Source: Candidatus Polarisedimenticolaceae bacterium (GTDB lineage: Bacteria > Pseudomonadota > Gammaproteobacteria > Chromatiales > Chromatiaceae). From it: a stretch of DNA of 64,000 nucleotides. The position numbers were made by a program, and so were the translations under genes. Shown piece by piece: positions 27,385-39,244 of this stretch. The stretch lies in the NCBI GenBank assembly GCA_021648685.1, contig JAKISI010000009.1, positions 4 through 64,003 on the forward strand, read 5' to 3'. The notes under the pieces are model-generated. The model made no database searches. It was not told the DNA's origin and was given only the letters and a program-made list of their open reading frames with translations. Within the stretch, counting starts at the first letter, position 1. The number at the start of each line of letters is the position of its first letter.

Positions 27385-30300
27385 ATGACCAAAGCCCTCC
27401 CCAAAGACCGCTCCGCTGAACTGGAAGCGATCATGAATGAACGCATCATGATCCTGGATGGTGCCATGGGCACCATGGTTCAGCGTCATAAGCTGGAGGA
27501 GGCCGATTATCGCGGCGAGCGCTTTGCCGGCTGGCCGACCAGTCTCAAGGGGATGAATGACCTGCTGGTGCTGACTCAGCCCGATCTGATCCAGGGCATC
27601 CACGAACAGTATCTGGCCGCCGGTGCGGACATTGTCGAGACCAACAGCTTTGGTGCAACCCGCAGTGACCTGGTCAAGTTTCAACTCTCGGAATTTGCCT
27701 ATGAGCTGAATGTGGCCGCCGCCCGGCTGGCCAGAGAGGCGGCTGATAAATACGCCACAGCTGAAAAACCACGCTTCGTGGCCGGTGTGTTGGGGCCAAC
27801 CCAGAAGATGGCGTCCGCCTCTGTGGGGGCGCAATCCATCACCTTTGACGAGCTGCGGGAGGAGTATGTCGAGGCAACGCGCGGACTGATCGAAGGCGGC
27901 GCCGATATCATCCTGATCGAGACAGTATTCGACACCCTCAATGCGAAGGCCGCCATCTATGCGGTGCAACAGCTCTTTGAAGAGGATGGCATCCGGCTGC
28001 CGATTATGATCTCTGGCACCATCACCGATGAAGCGGGGCGCACTCTGTCAGGGCAGACCGCCGAGGCTTTCTATAACTCCCTGCGGCATGCCAAACCGAT
28101 TACCTTTGGCCTGAACTGCGCCCTGGGGCCAGACCAGCTGCGCCAGCATGTAGAGGAGTTTGCACGCATCTCCGAGGTGCGCACCTCTGCCCACCCCAAC
28201 GCCGGCAAGCCAAATGAGCTGGGCGAGTATGACCTGGGGCCGGAGGAGATGGCCGCCAAGATCGCCGAGTGGGCGCAGAGCGGTTTTCTGAATATCGTAG
28301 GCGGCTGCTGCGGCACCTCACCGGATCACATCAAGATGATAGCCGATGCGGTATCAGAAATAGCACCTCGCAAACTGCCCAAACTGCAACCCGCCTGTCG
28401 TCTGGCCGGTCAAGAGCCGTGCAACATCACCGCCGACCGCCTGTTTGTGAATATTGGTGAACGCGCAAACGTAGCCGGCTCTGCGCGTTTCAAACGGCTG
28501 ATCATGGAAGAAAATTACGAAACTGCACTGGAGATTGCCCATCAGCAGGTGGAGACTGGCGCACAGATCATCGATGTCAATATGGATGACGCGATGCTGG
28601 AATCCGTGCCGTCGATGGTGCGTTTTCTGAATCTGATCGAGGGAGAGCCGGAGGTCGCCAAGGTTCCCACCATGATCGACTCCTCCAAATGGGAGGTGCT
28701 GGAAGCCGGGCTTAAATGCCTCCAGGGCAAAGGGATCGTCAACTCTATCTCTCTCAAAGAGGGCGACGAAAAATTTATCGAGCAGGCTAAAATCATTCGC
28801 CGCTTTGGTGCCGCCGTAGTCGTGATGGCCTTTGATGAGCAGGGGCAGGCTGACTCACGGGCGCGCAAGGTCGAGATCTGCACCCGCGCCTACAATATCC
28901 TGACCCAGCAGCTCGGCTTTCCGGCAGAGGACATCATCTTCGACCCCGCCGTGCTGACTGTCGGCACCGGCATGCAGGAGCATGATCGCTACGGCCTGGA
29001 CTTTATCGAGGCCACGGCAGAGATCAAACAGAATCTGCCACATGCGCTGATCTCCGCCGGTGTCTCCAATATCTCTTTCGCCTTCCGAGGTAACAACCCG
29101 GTGCGTGAAGCGATCCACGCGGTATTTCTCTACCACGCCATCCGGGCCGGACTGGACATGGGCATCGTCAACGCCGGGCAGCTGGCGATCTACGATGATC
29201 TGCCCACTGAGCTGCGCGACCTGGTCGAGGATATGGTACTCAGCCGCCGTCCTGATGCCACCGAGCGGCTGCTGGATGCGGCCGAAAAGTACCGGGGTGA
29301 CGGCAGTGTAGCGGTACAAACAGAGGATCTGGCCTGGCGCGAACAACCCGTCTCCCAGCGGCTGGAACATGCACTGGTCAAAGGTCTGACCAAATTCATC
29401 ATTGAAGATACTGCCGAGGCGCTGGAGGCATTGGGTCGACCGCTGCACGTCATCGACGGCCCCCTGATGTCCGGCATGAACCATGTGGGCAAGCTGTTTG
29501 GCGAGGGCAAGATGTTTCTGCCACAGGTGGTCAAGTCTGCCCGGGTGATGAAAAAGGCCGTTGCCTGGCTACAGCCCTATATGGAGAAAGAAAAAGATGG
29601 CGGCACACAATCCGCAGGCCGCATCCTGCTGGCAACCGTCAAGGGAGATGTACACGACATCGGCAAAAATATCGTGGCCGTGGTGCTGGAGTGCAACAAC
29701 TACGAGGTGATTGATGCCGGCGTAATGGTGCCAGCTGAGACTATTCTGCAACAGGCACGGGAGCAGCAGGCTGACATTATCGGTCTCTCCGGCCTGATCA
29801 CCCCCTCGCTGGATGAGATGGTACACATTGCCAAAGAGATGAAGCGGCAGGGCTTTAAGGTGCCGCTGCTGGTAGGTGGAGCCACCACTTCCAAGATCCA
29901 CGCCGCCGTGAAGATCGACCCCGAATATGACCAAGCCGTCGTGCATGTGCTGGACGCCTCGCTGGCGGTAGGTGTTGCCGGCAAGCTGTTATCCGCAACC
30001 CAGCGGGACGAGTATGTTCAATCCATCAAGCGCGATTACGCCAAGGCCCGCACAGCCCGTCTGGCCAAAAACAGTCAACGCAAACTGATCTCGCTGGAAG
30101 CGGCTCGCGCCAACGCGGTGCAGACCGACTGGGCAACCTTTCAGCCTGTCGAACCCAACCAGCCTGGCATCCAGTGCTTTGATGAAATCTCTCTGGCCGA
30201 TATAGCAAAGTACATCGACTGGACGCCCTTCTTCCACGCCTGGGAGATGAAAAAGCGTTATCCCGCCATCCTGGATGACCCCAAAAAGGGGGCCGAGGCA

Positions 30301-31080
30301 ACCCGCCTTTTTCAGGATGCCCAAACCATGCTGAAGCAGATCATCGACGAAAACTGGCTCCAGGCCAAGGCCATAATCGGCCTCTTCCCGGCCGCTCGCT
30401 GCGGAGCTGATGACGTGGTGCTCTATACCGACGAAAGCCGCAGCAAAGTCAGCACTCACTTCCGCTTTATCCGGCAGCAGATAAACAAAAAACAGGCCGG
30501 AGAACCCAACCTCTGCCTGGCTGATTTTATCGCCCCAGAGGATACCGGAGTCGCAGACCACATCGGTGCCTTTGCCGTCACTGCGGGTATCGGTATCGAG
30601 AAAAAACTGGCAGAGTTCAAGGCCGATCATGACGACTACAGCAGCATCATGCTCAAGGCGCTGGCCGACCGTCTGGCAGAAGCGCTGGCGGAATGGATGC
30701 ACGGGCGAGTGCGCCGAGAGCTCTGGGGCTACAGCGCCGACGAGCAGCTTACCAATAATGAGCTGATCGCAGAGAAATACCTGGGCATCCGGCCTGCGGC
30801 AGGCTACCCGGCCAGCCCGGAGCACACCGAGAAGGGCGTACTGTGGGCGCTGCTACAGGTGGAAGAGAACACCGGCATCCAACTGACCGAGAGCTACGCC
30901 ATGCACCCTGGCGCATCCGTCAGCGGCCTCTATTTTGCCCACCCCCAGGCGCGCTACTTCAGCACCGGCAAGATCGGTCGTGATCAGGTCGAAGATTATG
31001 CCCGGCGCAAAGGGATGAGCCTGCCAGAGGCCGAACGTTGGCTGGCACCTGTGCTTGGCTACTCCACATCATCACCCTGA
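27385..31080 (+). CDS. metH: Cobalamin-dependent methionine synthase
   Basis: 1231 aa with all modules: the Hcy domain (GGCCGTSP), a pterin-binding domain, a B12 cap and DxHxxG ([11 protein letters not shown]), and the AdoMet activation domain (RPAAGYPA...). Confidence 0.95.
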   Translation: MTKALPKDRSAELEAIMNERIMILDGAMGTMVQRHKLEEADYRGERFAGWPTSLKGMNDLLVLTQPDLIQGIHEQYLAAGADIVETNSFGATRSDLVKFQLSEFAYELNVAAARLAREAADKYATAEKPRFVAGVLGPTQKMASASVGAQSITFDELREEYVEATRGLIEGGADIILIETVFDTLNAKAAIYAVQQLFEEDGIRLPIMISGTITDEAGRTLSGQTAEAFYNSLRHAKPITFGLNCALGPDQLRQHVEEFARISEVRTSAHPNAGKPNELGEYDLGPEEMAAKIAEWAQSGFLNIVGGCCGTSPDHIKMIADAVSEIAPRKLPKLQPACRLAGQEPCNITADRLFVNIGERANVAGSARFKRLIMEENYETALEIAHQQVETGAQIIDVNMDDAMLESVPSMVRFLNLIEGEPEVAKVPTMIDSSKWEVLEAGLKCLQGKGIVNSISLKEGDEKFIEQAKIIRRFGAAVVVMAFDEQGQADSRARKVEICTRAYNILTQQLGFPAEDIIFDPAVLTVGTGMQEHDRYGLDFIEATAEIKQNLPHALISAGVSNISFAFRGNNPVREAIHAVFLYHAIRAGLDMGIVNAGQLAIYDDLPTELRDLVEDMVLSRRPDATERLLDAAEKYRGDGSVAVQTEDLAWREQPVSQRLEHALVKGLTKFIIEDTAEALEALGRPLHVIDGPLMSGMNHVGKLFGEGKMFLPQVVKSARVMKKAVAWLQPYMEKEKDGGTQSAGRILLATVKGDVHDIGKNIVAVVLECNNYEVIDAGVMVPAETILQQAREQQADIIGLSGLITPSLDEMVHIAKEMKRQGFKVPLLVGGATTSKIHAAVKIDPEYDQAVVHVLDASLAVGVAGKLLSATQRDEYVQSIKRDYAKARTARLAKNSQRKLISLEAARANAVQTDWATFQPVEPNQPGIQCFDEISLADIAKYIDWTPFFHAWEMKKRYPAILDDPKKGAEATRLFQDAQTMLKQIIDENWLQAKAIIGLFPAARCGADDVVLYTDESRSKVSTHFRFIRQQINKKQAGEPNLCLADFIAPEDTGVADHIGAFAVTAGIGIEKKLAEFKADHDDYSSIMLKALADRLAEALAEWMHGRVRRELWGYSADEQLTNNELIAEKYLGIRPAAGYPASPEHTEKGVLWALLQVEENTGIQLTESYAMHPGASVSGLYFAHPQARYFSTGKIGRDQVEDYARRKGMSLPEAERWLAPVLGYSTSSP

Positions 31081-31140
31081 TATCGGTTATCATTAACCCA
31101 CAAGCCACACAAGGTGGCTGCTGCAACCTCAGGAGAAGGC

Positions 31141-31491
31141 ATGCAAGTTGAAGCGTTACGCGATCTGGTCATCAAGGTACTGGAAGATATGAAGGCCAAA
31201 GAGATCACTGTTATTGATGTCAGAGGTCGAAGCAGCATCACCGATGTTATGGTGATTGCCAGCGGCACCTCCAGCCGGCACGTTAAATCCCTTGCCGAAA
31301 GCGTCGCCTTCCAGGCAAAAAAAGCGGGAGAGACCCCTTTGGGCTCAGAAGGGGTAGACGAAGGCGAATGGGCGCTGGTTGATATCAATGGCGTCGTCGT
31401 CCACATCATGCTGCCCAAGGTGCGTGACTTCTACCAGCTGGAGCGACTGTGGCAGATGGATGCGCCACAAGCTGGCGAAACCAGCGGATAA
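31141..31491 (+). CDS. rsfS: Ribosome silencing factor RsfS (Iojap)
   Basis: ATG 31141 preceded by AGGAGAAGG. Contains LEDMKAKEITVIDVRGRSSITDVMVIASGTSSRHVKSLAE...EGVDEGEWALVDINGVVVHIM....R.FY.LE.LW. Confidence 0.85.
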   Translation: MQVEALRDLVIKVLEDMKAKEITVIDVRGRSSITDVMVIASGTSSRHVKSLAESVAFQAKKAGETPLGSEGVDEGEWALVDINGVVVHIMLPKVRDFYQLERLWQMDAPQAGETSG

Positions 31492-31579
31492 GGCAGTTGA
31501 TGGAAAACCCTGATACTATCCCACCCAAATTATAAAAAGACCTCACACACCTCTGCCTTGGCTGTTGTAGCAAATAATC

Positions 31580-32137
31580 TTGAAGATCCCGATTGCGCTG
31601 CTGTTTCTGATGCTGTTCTCCAGCTTCGCCTCTGCGAATGAGAGCGTGGCGTGCCTGATAAAGCACTACGATGAATACAGCAACAACCGGATCGCTCTAT
31701 TTGAAAAGATGCACCGGGTCTACGCACAAAAACACCCCGATATCTACAAAGTATATGCCCCTGCACTCTCAAGACATGCGCTGTTTGCCAGGATAGACCA
31801 GTTTGTGTTTCGCCATTTTGCCGAAAATGACATCCGTAAATTAAAGCTGCGCCACGGCTTTACCAATGCCACTCCAAACTGGATCAAGAATGCCTGCCGT
31901 GGACGTGACTGCACCAACGCCCTCTATCTGAAACTGATGGCGCTTCCTGAATTTGCCACGCTCTATACGCAGTGGGACAGGGTTAGAAAAGAGACCAAAG
32001 AGTCCTACAAACAGAAAGCGATTGCCCAGGCAGGGCGGCTCTACTTTGAGCTGCTGGGGGAGAAAAGCGTCCTGCCTCACGCCCTTAAAGATATGCAATA
32101 TTACGATATAAAGGTGTCTGGGCTGGTTTGCGATTAA
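31580..32137 (+). CDS. Secreted hypothetical protein
   Basis: TTG start and signal peptide KIPIALLFLMLFSSFASA. No motif recognised. Confidence 0.4.
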   Translation: MKIPIALLFLMLFSSFASANESVACLIKHYDEYSNNRIALFEKMHRVYAQKHPDIYKVYAPALSRHALFARIDQFVFRHFAENDIRKLKLRHGFTNATPNWIKNACRGRDCTNALYLKLMALPEFATLYTQWDRVRKETKESYKQKAIAQAGRLYFELLGEKSVLPHALKDMQYYDIKVSGLVCD

Positions 32138-32141
32138 CCTC

Positions 32142-32975
32142 TTACTTCTCCTGAGGCATTGGTGGCACCAGCAACTGGGGGTCAACCCGCTTGGTAAAAA
32201 GGTTCATGCGCCAATCCAGATGGGCGCCCGTTACGCGACCCGTTGCGCCTATCTCGGCAATCAGCTCACCCTGCTCGACCCGCTGCCCCTTCTCGACCAG
32301 AATACGACTCAGATGCAGGAAGGATGATGAGAGACCGTGGCCGTGGTCCAGAATCAAAGTCCCCCCCGAAAAGAACATATCGGGATGCGCCAGCGTCACG
32401 ATACCGGCTGCGGGTGCCGCTACCGGCGTGCCGGTGGGGCGTGCAATATCAACCCCAAAGTGGGGGCGCCTGGGCTGGCCATTCAAAATACGCTGGCTAC
32501 CATAGACACCGGAGATAGGTCCCGTCACCGGCCAGATAAAATCGACCAGAAAGTCCGTACGGGGGTCATCCCGCTTACGGGCACTGCGCGACAGCGCCGA
32601 CTCTTTGCGGATGCGCGCCAGATCCTCTTTTGAACGAGGGGTCACCTTGCGCTTTGGCAGGCCGTCGATACGCTGTACTTTATATTCACGCCTGGCCACC
32701 CTGAGCAGCTTCTCTGCCGTGCGGCCGTCAGGATAGCTGACCTGAACCAGCGACTCCGCCAGCGCATCACGTCCAAACCCGACCAGAAACAGCCCGCCTT
32801 CAGAGACCCGCACCGGCTTGCCATCCACCTTCACCGTGGCGCCAGGTTGTGCCACCCCCTGCACCAGACCACCCTGTACAAAGTCACCCACAAGCCTCAG
32901 CTCAGGTTGCGCCTCTGCCCAGAGCAGACCCGGCAACAGCAGGATGGCAACAGCCAATTGAGTTATATCTTTCAT
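32142..32975 (-). CDS. M23 family metallopeptidase
   Basis: Signal peptide, then HFGVDIARPTGTPVAAPAAGIV...LDHGHGLSSSFLHLS...GATGRVTGAHLDW (HxxxD and HxH motifs of the LytM/M23 family). Confidence 0.85.
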   Translation of the reverse strand: MKDITQLAVAILLLPGLLWAEAQPELRLVGDFVQGGLVQGVAQPGATVKVDGKPVRVSEGGLFLVGFGRDALAESLVQVSYPDGRTAEKLLRVARREYKVQRIDGLPKRKVTPRSKEDLARIRKESALSRSARKRDDPRTDFLVDFIWPVTGPISGVYGSQRILNGQPRRPHFGVDIARPTGTPVAAPAAGIVTLAHPDMFFSGGTLILDHGHGLSSSFLHLSRILVEKGQRVEQGELIAEIGATGRVTGAHLDWRMNLFTKRVDPQLLVPPMPQEK

Positions 32976-33312
32976 TAATCTACCACTGATTATTTCTGCA
33001 ACAAAACAGCCATCTAAAATACCTGATTTTTTCCCTCAAGAATATGGGGTTGTAGCCGACTTCTTTAGACATGACTTTATTAGGTTTTAGGCGCTTCACA
33101 ACAACCGCTGACCACAGCCATCCTGTTTTAGGAGGCATCGGAATTAGTAATGTAAACCTTATGCGCCTGAAGGTCACGGGAATTGAGCATGGCATACTCA
33201 TGCTGCACCGCAATGAAAAGGATTTTATGACCCGAACCGACCTCAAGTGTGCAGACAGGTGCCAGAAGAACTTTAAGGTCTGGCACAATTCACAAAGCCA
33301 GGAGAGCATACA

Positions 33313-35640
33313 ATGCTTCTAAAACAGAAAATGATAATCGGTGCCACACTATTGGCCGCCATTCCAGTGATCATCGCCAGCCTTACCATCCAGATGGTCG
33401 CAACCAGCACCAGCCATAAAGCACTTGAAGTTGCCTCAAAAGAGCGCCTGATTGCGGTTCGTAACGCCACCAAGGAGAACGTCGAGGACTATTTTGGCAC
33501 CATTCGCAATCAAGTCCTGACCTTTTCAAAAGACCTTATGGTGGTTGAAGCGATGTCATCCTTCAAGGATAGCTTCCCTCTCTTTCAACAAGAGAGCTCC
33601 ACCGCCGATACCGAAACACTGCGCCGCCAGCTGGGGCAATACTACAGCGGTGATTTTAGCCGTGAATACCAGCAGCGCAACCCTGACGAACAGACCAGTA
33701 CCGCCCAGTGGCTGGCACAGCTGGATGCTGACTCCGTGGCGCTTCAATATCACTTCATCAAGGCCAACCCCAATCCTCTGGGCGAGAAGGACAGGCTGGA
33801 CGACCCCGGCGGTTATTCAAGCTATGGCCGACAGCATGCCCGATTTCATCCTGTAGTTCGCGATTACCTGAATAAATTTGGGTACTACGACATCTTTCTG
33901 GTTGACTCAGAAACAGGCGATATCATCTACTCCGTATTCAAAGAGCTGGACTATGCCACCTCTCTAAAAGACGGCCCCTTCGCCAATACCGGTATTGGCG
34001 AGGTATTCCGCAAGGCAAACCAGGCCGGTTCACCTGACTTTGTAGCGCTCTCCGATTTTGCCGCCTATCCGCCCTCCTACCAGGATCCGGCAGCCTTCAT
34101 CGCCTCCCCTGTTTTTAAGGATGGAGAGAAGATTGGCGTGCTGATCTTCCAGATGCCCATTGACCGGATCAATGCAACCATGACCCATAACAGCAACTGG
34201 AAGCAGGCCGGGCTGGGGCTCTCCGGCGAGACCTATCTGGTAGGTGCCGACAACACCCTGCGCAGCATGAGCCGCTTTCTCATTGAAGATAAAGAGAGCT
34301 ACCTGCAGGCCCTTAGCAGCGCCGGCGTAAACCAAAAGACCCTGCAACTGATCCGCGCCAAAGGAACCAGCATCAACCTGCAACCGGTCAACTCCCCCGG
34401 CAGCAGGGCGGCTCTGGCCGGAACCACCGGCTTTGACATCTTTCCAGATTACCGGAACATACCGGTTCTCTCCGCCTATGCCCCGATAGAGATCGACGGT
34501 CTGCATTGGGCCATCATGAGTGAAATTGATGAGACCGAGGCCTTTGCTGCAGCTGACACCCTGACAGAAGAGATTCTGCTGCTGTCGGCAGGCATTACCA
34601 TTGCTCTGATTATAGTTGCCCTTGGTGTCGGCTTCTGGTTTGCAAGCAGCATTACCAGACCCATCACCCAACTCAGCAAAACCATCCGCGACATTGAAAG
34701 CGAATCTGACCTGACCCGGCAAATCGACATCAACTCCAACGATGAACTGGGTCAGACTGCACAAGCCATCAATGCCATGCTGGCAAAGTTCCGTTCCATC
34801 CTGCAACAGGTCTCCAGCAACACCTGTCAGCTGGCTACAGCAGCAGAAGAGACCTCTGTCATAACCCGGCAGACCACCGAAGCCGTTCAGCAACAGCTGA
34901 CAGAGACGACTCAGGTCGCCACCGCCATGAATGAGATGAGCACCACCGTGCAGGAGGTGGCAACCAATACATCCAGCACCGCTACCGCCTCTGCTGAAGC
35001 CAATGCGGAATCCAGAGAGGGACGGCAAGTGGTGGATCAAGCTATTGCTCAAATCAGTGAACTGGCCAGCCAGATTGAGAGCGCTGCCTCTGTCATTCAA
35101 TCCGTACAGCAGGATACAGACAACATCAGCGCCATACTGGATGTAATCAAAGGGATTGCAGAGCAGACCAACCTACTCGCACTCAACGCCGCCATTGAGG
35201 CGGCCAGAGCCGGTGAGCAGGGACGCGGCTTTGCCGTAGTAGCCGATGAGGTGCGCAACCTGGCCAGCCGCACCCAGCAATCCACCAAAGAGATCCATCA
35301 GATGATCGAAAAGCTCCAGTCTGGCTCCCAACAGGCGGTAGGCGTTATGGAGCAGAGCCAAAAACAGGCTCAATCTGCTGTTGAACACGCAACCAACGCA
35401 GGCGCATCGCTCACCAGCATCGCCGGAGTTGTGGAGAACATCAATGACATGAGCACCCAGATTGCCAGTGCCGCAGAAGAGCAGAGCCTGGTGGCAGAGG
35501 AGATCAACCGCAACATCGTAAGCATTCGAGACAAGGCAGAGCAGACAGCAGCCGGCACGGAACACACCGCTGCTGCCAGTGATGAACTGGCTCAGCTGGC
35601 TACCAAGCTGCAAGGCCTGGTTGGGCAATTCCGCGTGTAA
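33313..35640 (+). CDS. Methyl-accepting chemotaxis protein with periplasmic dCache-like domain
   Basis: TM, a ~380-aa periplasmic domain, TM, HAMP ([13 protein letters not shown]), then the signalling hairpin [37 protein letters not shown]. Confidence 0.9.
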   Translation: MLLKQKMIIGATLLAAIPVIIASLTIQMVATSTSHKALEVASKERLIAVRNATKENVEDYFGTIRNQVLTFSKDLMVVEAMSSFKDSFPLFQQESSTADTETLRRQLGQYYSGDFSREYQQRNPDEQTSTAQWLAQLDADSVALQYHFIKANPNPLGEKDRLDDPGGYSSYGRQHARFHPVVRDYLNKFGYYDIFLVDSETGDIIYSVFKELDYATSLKDGPFANTGIGEVFRKANQAGSPDFVALSDFAAYPPSYQDPAAFIASPVFKDGEKIGVLIFQMPIDRINATMTHNSNWKQAGLGLSGETYLVGADNTLRSMSRFLIEDKESYLQALSSAGVNQKTLQLIRAKGTSINLQPVNSPGSRAALAGTTGFDIFPDYRNIPVLSAYAPIEIDGLHWAIMSEIDETEAFAAADTLTEEILLLSAGITIALIIVALGVGFWFASSITRPITQLSKTIRDIESESDLTRQIDINSNDELGQTAQAINAMLAKFRSILQQVSSNTCQLATAAEETSVITRQTTEAVQQQLTETTQVATAMNEMSTTVQEVATNTSSTATASAEANAESREGRQVVDQAIAQISELASQIESAASVIQSVQQDTDNISAILDVIKGIAEQTNLLALNAAIEAARAGEQGRGFAVVADEVRNLASRTQQSTKEIHQMIEKLQSGSQQAVGVMEQSQKQAQSAVEHATNAGASLTSIAGVVENINDMSTQIASAAEEQSLVAEEINRNIVSIRDKAEQTAAGTEHTAAASDELAQLATKLQGLVGQFRV

Positions 35641-35766
35641 CGGAAAATGGGATCCATCCAGCTATACAGCTGAAAGAGAGGGCAAGATCCACGATTGATT
35701 GTGGATCTTGGAAAAGAGCTGTTTCTCAAACGGGAGGCCTGGTTTTAGGCTACAATCGCCCTCGCC

Positions 35767-37611
35767 TTGAATCAGCCACCAAACGATATGCCAGCAGATA
35801 GCACCACCGGCCAACCCGAACCGACCATCCGCAATACCGACTTCAGCTGGCACGAGCTGATCGGGATGATCAAAAGCCACAAGCGGGAGCTGGTGCTGGC
35901 CAATATCATCGCCATCCTTGGTGCCGTGGTGAGTGTGCCTATTCCGCTCTTTATCCCGCTGCTGGTGGATGAGGTGCTACTGAATCAGCCTGGGAAATCC
36001 ATCGAAATCATGAATGGACTCTTCCCGGAGAGCTGGCATGGCCCCGCACTCTACATCACCGCCATCCTGATTCTGACACTGCTGCTGCGATTGATCGCCC
36101 TGGTGCTTGGCGTCTGGCAGATGCGCCAGTTCACCCTCATCTCCAAGGATGTCATCTATCGTATGCGCCGGGTGCTGCTGCTGCGGCTGGAGCGCATCTC
36201 CATGGCAGAGTACGAGACCATGGGCAGCAGCACGGTTGCCTCCCATCTGGTTACCGACCTGGATGCGGTCGACCAGTTTATCGGTGTCGCCACCAGCAAA
36301 TTTCTGGTCGCTGTGCTCAGCATCATTGGCACCGCTATTGTGCTGCTCTGGATGAACTGGCAGCTGGCGCTCTTTATCCTGATTCTCAACCCGGTGGTGA
36401 TCTATGTCACCACGGTATTCGGGCGCAAGGTCAAACAGCTGAAACGCCGTGAGAACAGCGCCTATCAGGCCTTCCAGGAATCCCTGGCTGAAACACTGGA
36501 TGCCATCCAGCAGATCCGCGCCAGCAACCGTGAACGCCACTACATCCACCGTATCATCGACCAGGCCGGAAAGATCCGCCACCACTCCACCGCCTTTACC
36601 TGGAAAAGCGATGCCGCTGCCCGTCTCTCCTTCGTCATCTTCCTGTTTGGCTTTGATACCTTCCGCGCCGTGAGCATGTTCATGGTGCTCCACTCCGACC
36701 TCTCCATCGGCCAGATGATGGCCGTCTTTGCCTACCTCTGGTTCATGATGGGGCCGGTGCAGGAGATCCTGGCCATTCAATACACCTACAATGGTGCCAG
36801 CGCAGCATTGGGGCGCATCAACCAGCTGATCCGGGTCGATCTGGAGCCGGAGCACCCCCATCAGAAGAACCCCTTTGCCGACAAACCCACCACCTCTGTA
36901 GAGCTGAAGGATATCTGCTTTGCCTACGGCAATGGGCCGCAGGTACTGGATCATGTCTCACTCAAGATCCGCAGTGGCGAAAAGGTCGCACTGGTGGGCG
37001 CCAGTGGCGGTGGCAAAACCACGCTGGTGCAGGTACTGCTGGGGCTCTATCCGGCGCAATCGGGTGAACTCTATTTCGACGGCATCCCGGTCACGCAGAT
37101 CGGCATGGATGTGGTCAGAGACAATGTAGCCACCGTGCTGCAGCACCCGGCTCTGTTCAACGACACCATTCGCCAAAACCTGACACTGGGGCGGGAGGTC
37201 TCTGAAGAGGCGCTTTGGCACGCACTTGAGATCGCTCAGCTGCGTGAAACCATAGAGGGGCTGGAGCAGGGGCTGGAGACACAGGTCGGGCGCTTTGGCA
37301 TTCGTCTCTCTGGTGGTCAGCGTCAGCGTCTGGCTGTCGCCCGAATGGTGCTGACCGACCCTAGGGTCGTGATTCTGGATGAAGCGACATCCGCACTCGA
37401 CACCACCACCGAGAGCCAACTGCACAGTGCGTTACAAGAGTTTTTGCACGGCCGCACCACCATCATCATTGCTCACCGCCTGAGCGCAGTGAAACAGGCC
37501 GACCGGGTGCTGGTATTTGAGGATGGACGCATCGTGGAGGAGGGACGGCATGATGAGCTGATCCACAATGACGGACTCTATGCTTCACTTTATGGGCGGC
37601 AGGAGCATTAG
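35767..37611 (+). CDS. ABC exporter, fused permease/ATPase (MsbA-like)
   Basis: Six-TM domain followed by an NBD with GASGGGKTT, LSGGQRQRLAVAR, ILDEATSALD and IIAHRLS. Start may be ATG 35788. Confidence 0.85.
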   Translation: MNQPPNDMPADSTTGQPEPTIRNTDFSWHELIGMIKSHKRELVLANIIAILGAVVSVPIPLFIPLLVDEVLLNQPGKSIEIMNGLFPESWHGPALYITAILILTLLLRLIALVLGVWQMRQFTLISKDVIYRMRRVLLLRLERISMAEYETMGSSTVASHLVTDLDAVDQFIGVATSKFLVAVLSIIGTAIVLLWMNWQLALFILILNPVVIYVTTVFGRKVKQLKRRENSAYQAFQESLAETLDAIQQIRASNRERHYIHRIIDQAGKIRHHSTAFTWKSDAAARLSFVIFLFGFDTFRAVSMFMVLHSDLSIGQMMAVFAYLWFMMGPVQEILAIQYTYNGASAALGRINQLIRVDLEPEHPHQKNPFADKPTTSVELKDICFAYGNGPQVLDHVSLKIRSGEKVALVGASGGGKTTLVQVLLGLYPAQSGELYFDGIPVTQIGMDVVRDNVATVLQHPALFNDTIRQNLTLGREVSEEALWHALEIAQLRETIEGLEQGLETQVGRFGIRLSGGQRQRLAVARMVLTDPRVVILDEATSALDTTTESQLHSALQEFLHGRTTIIIAHRLSAVKQADRVLVFEDGRIVEEGRHDELIHNDGLYASLYGRQEH

Positions 37612-37613
37612 CC

Positions 37614-38912
37614 TCAGCTGATTTTTCTGATATAAGGAACCTCTTCATTTTTTACAAAGCGTACCACCCGATTACGCCCTCCCCCTTTCGCATCGTACAG
37701 TGCTGCATCCGCATCACTTATCATGTGATCAAGCGAATCGGTCAGCTCCATGCTGTAGCCAATGCTCACCGTCATCGGCACGACCACGTCACCAACCACC
37801 AGCGGGGTATCGGCTATGGCCTCTCGAAAACGTGTAAACAGCACCTCGGCACTGCTGCCACTGACATTGACGCACAGCATGCAGAACTCCTCTCCACCAA
37901 AGCGGGTGATCACATCCGCCTGGCGCAACTGCTGCGTAAATATTGATGCAACATGTTTCAGCGCCATATCACCGACATGGTGACCATGCGTGTCATTTAT
38001 CTTTTTGAAAAAATCAATATCAATCATCGCCACTGTCAAACTGATATTTTTTCGCTGTGCATTCTGAAACAGCTTATTGCCTGTATTAAAGAGATATTTC
38101 CGGTTAAAAAGGCCGGTTAGAAAATCACGATCTGCCGCATCTCTCAACTTGCAATAGCTTGCAACCGCATCAATATTTTGATTGATGCGACAGTAGAACT
38201 CCTCATGCATAAAGGGGCGGGTAATAAAATCATTGGCACCTGATTTCAGCAGTTTAATAGAGACGGTGCCTGAGCCTGAGGTGGAGATCCCGATAATGGC
38301 CAGTTCATTGCGCGACTTTTTCTCACGCACCCTGGTGATCAACTCCATGCCATCCATTCTTGGCATATTGTAATCTGTGACCATCAGCAGAATATCATCA
38401 TTCTCAGAGAGCACATCCAGCGCTTCAACGCCGTCACAGGCCTCCAGCACCTCCAGGTAGTGACGCTGCAGCAGTGACGACAGCAGCTGCCGGGATGACC
38501 TTGAGTCATCCACTACCAGAACCTTTCTATCCCTGTTCTCCCGCAGGCGCTGTACCGTCTCGATGACATACTCAATCTCATTGAGGTTGCGTTTTATCAC
38601 ATAGTCAACGATGGGCTTTTCCAACATCTCATCATGCAGATCATCACACATGCTGCCTGTAAGTATGATCGGAGGTATCCCTAAACCCAGAACGACATCG
38701 ACCACCTCGCCATTGGGTGCATCCGGAAGATTCAGGTCAAGGATCGCAACAAAAAATTGCTCACTCTGTTTGTCAAGAATCTGTTTGGCCTCCTGCATGG
38801 AGACCGCAGATTCGACATCAATATGCAGTTGCGTTGCAATATGGTGTGCAAGCATTTTATTGATTGCTCGGCTATCTTCGACAATGAGCACCTTATTGGC
38901 TGATTGGTACAT
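37614..38912 (-). CDS. Response regulator diguanylate cyclase (REC-REC-GGDEF)
   Basis: ATG at 38912 preceded by GGGGGAAA. Two receiver domains (VLIVEDS..., VLVVDDS...DYNMPRMDG) and a GGDEF domain with RFGGEEFCML. Confidence 0.85.
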   Translation of the reverse strand: MYQSANKVLIVEDSRAINKMLAHHIATQLHIDVESAVSMQEAKQILDKQSEQFFVAILDLNLPDAPNGEVVDVVLGLGIPPIILTGSMCDDLHDEMLEKPIVDYVIKRNLNEIEYVIETVQRLRENRDRKVLVVDDSRSSRQLLSSLLQRHYLEVLEACDGVEALDVLSENDDILLMVTDYNMPRMDGMELITRVREKKSRNELAIIGISTSGSGTVSIKLLKSGANDFITRPFMHEEFYCRINQNIDAVASYCKLRDAADRDFLTGLFNRKYLFNTGNKLFQNAQRKNISLTVAMIDIDFFKKINDTHGHHVGDMALKHVASIFTQQLRQADVITRFGGEEFCMLCVNVSGSSAEVLFTRFREAIADTPLVVGDVVVPMTVSIGYSMELTDSLDHMISDADAALYDAKGGGRNRVVRFVKNEEVPYIRKIS

Positions 38913-39244
38913 GATTTCCCCCTGTTGTAAGGTGCGCCTTGCCCTGAACGCTGGCAATATCACATTGAAAGAGCACTAGAAGCCTGTTTGAGAAGAGGTA
39001 AAATTGCGATTTATCAAAAAACAAACCCCTCGCAATTCAATAAGTTAAAAACCTTAATGTGCAAAAAAACCGGGTTCTCGGACAGTCTCTAGGGGTTATA
39101 GCGGCACACCATCTCCTAACTTTATTACCCAGGCATCCCGTACTCTGCCTACCCGCTAATCTACACAACCCAGATCAAACATCTTCACTTTGATCCAGGT
39201 TAGCCGTACAGTGTCAGCAAGCACAACCGACCCTCACAGGAACC

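Noticed and set aside
26950-27969. 339-aa minus-strand ORF
   Set aside because: It is antisense to the 5' part of metH, which has unambiguous domain motifs. It has no motif of its own and its Arg/Gly/Leu-rich composition is typical of spurious antisense frames in GC-rich DNA.
34030-35100. 356-aa minus-strand ORF
   Set aside because: It is antisense to the MCP gene, has a low-complexity Gly/Ala/Leu composition, and no start context.
35977-36954. 325-aa minus-strand ORF
   Set aside because: It is antisense to the ABC exporter transmembrane domain and has no recognisable motif.
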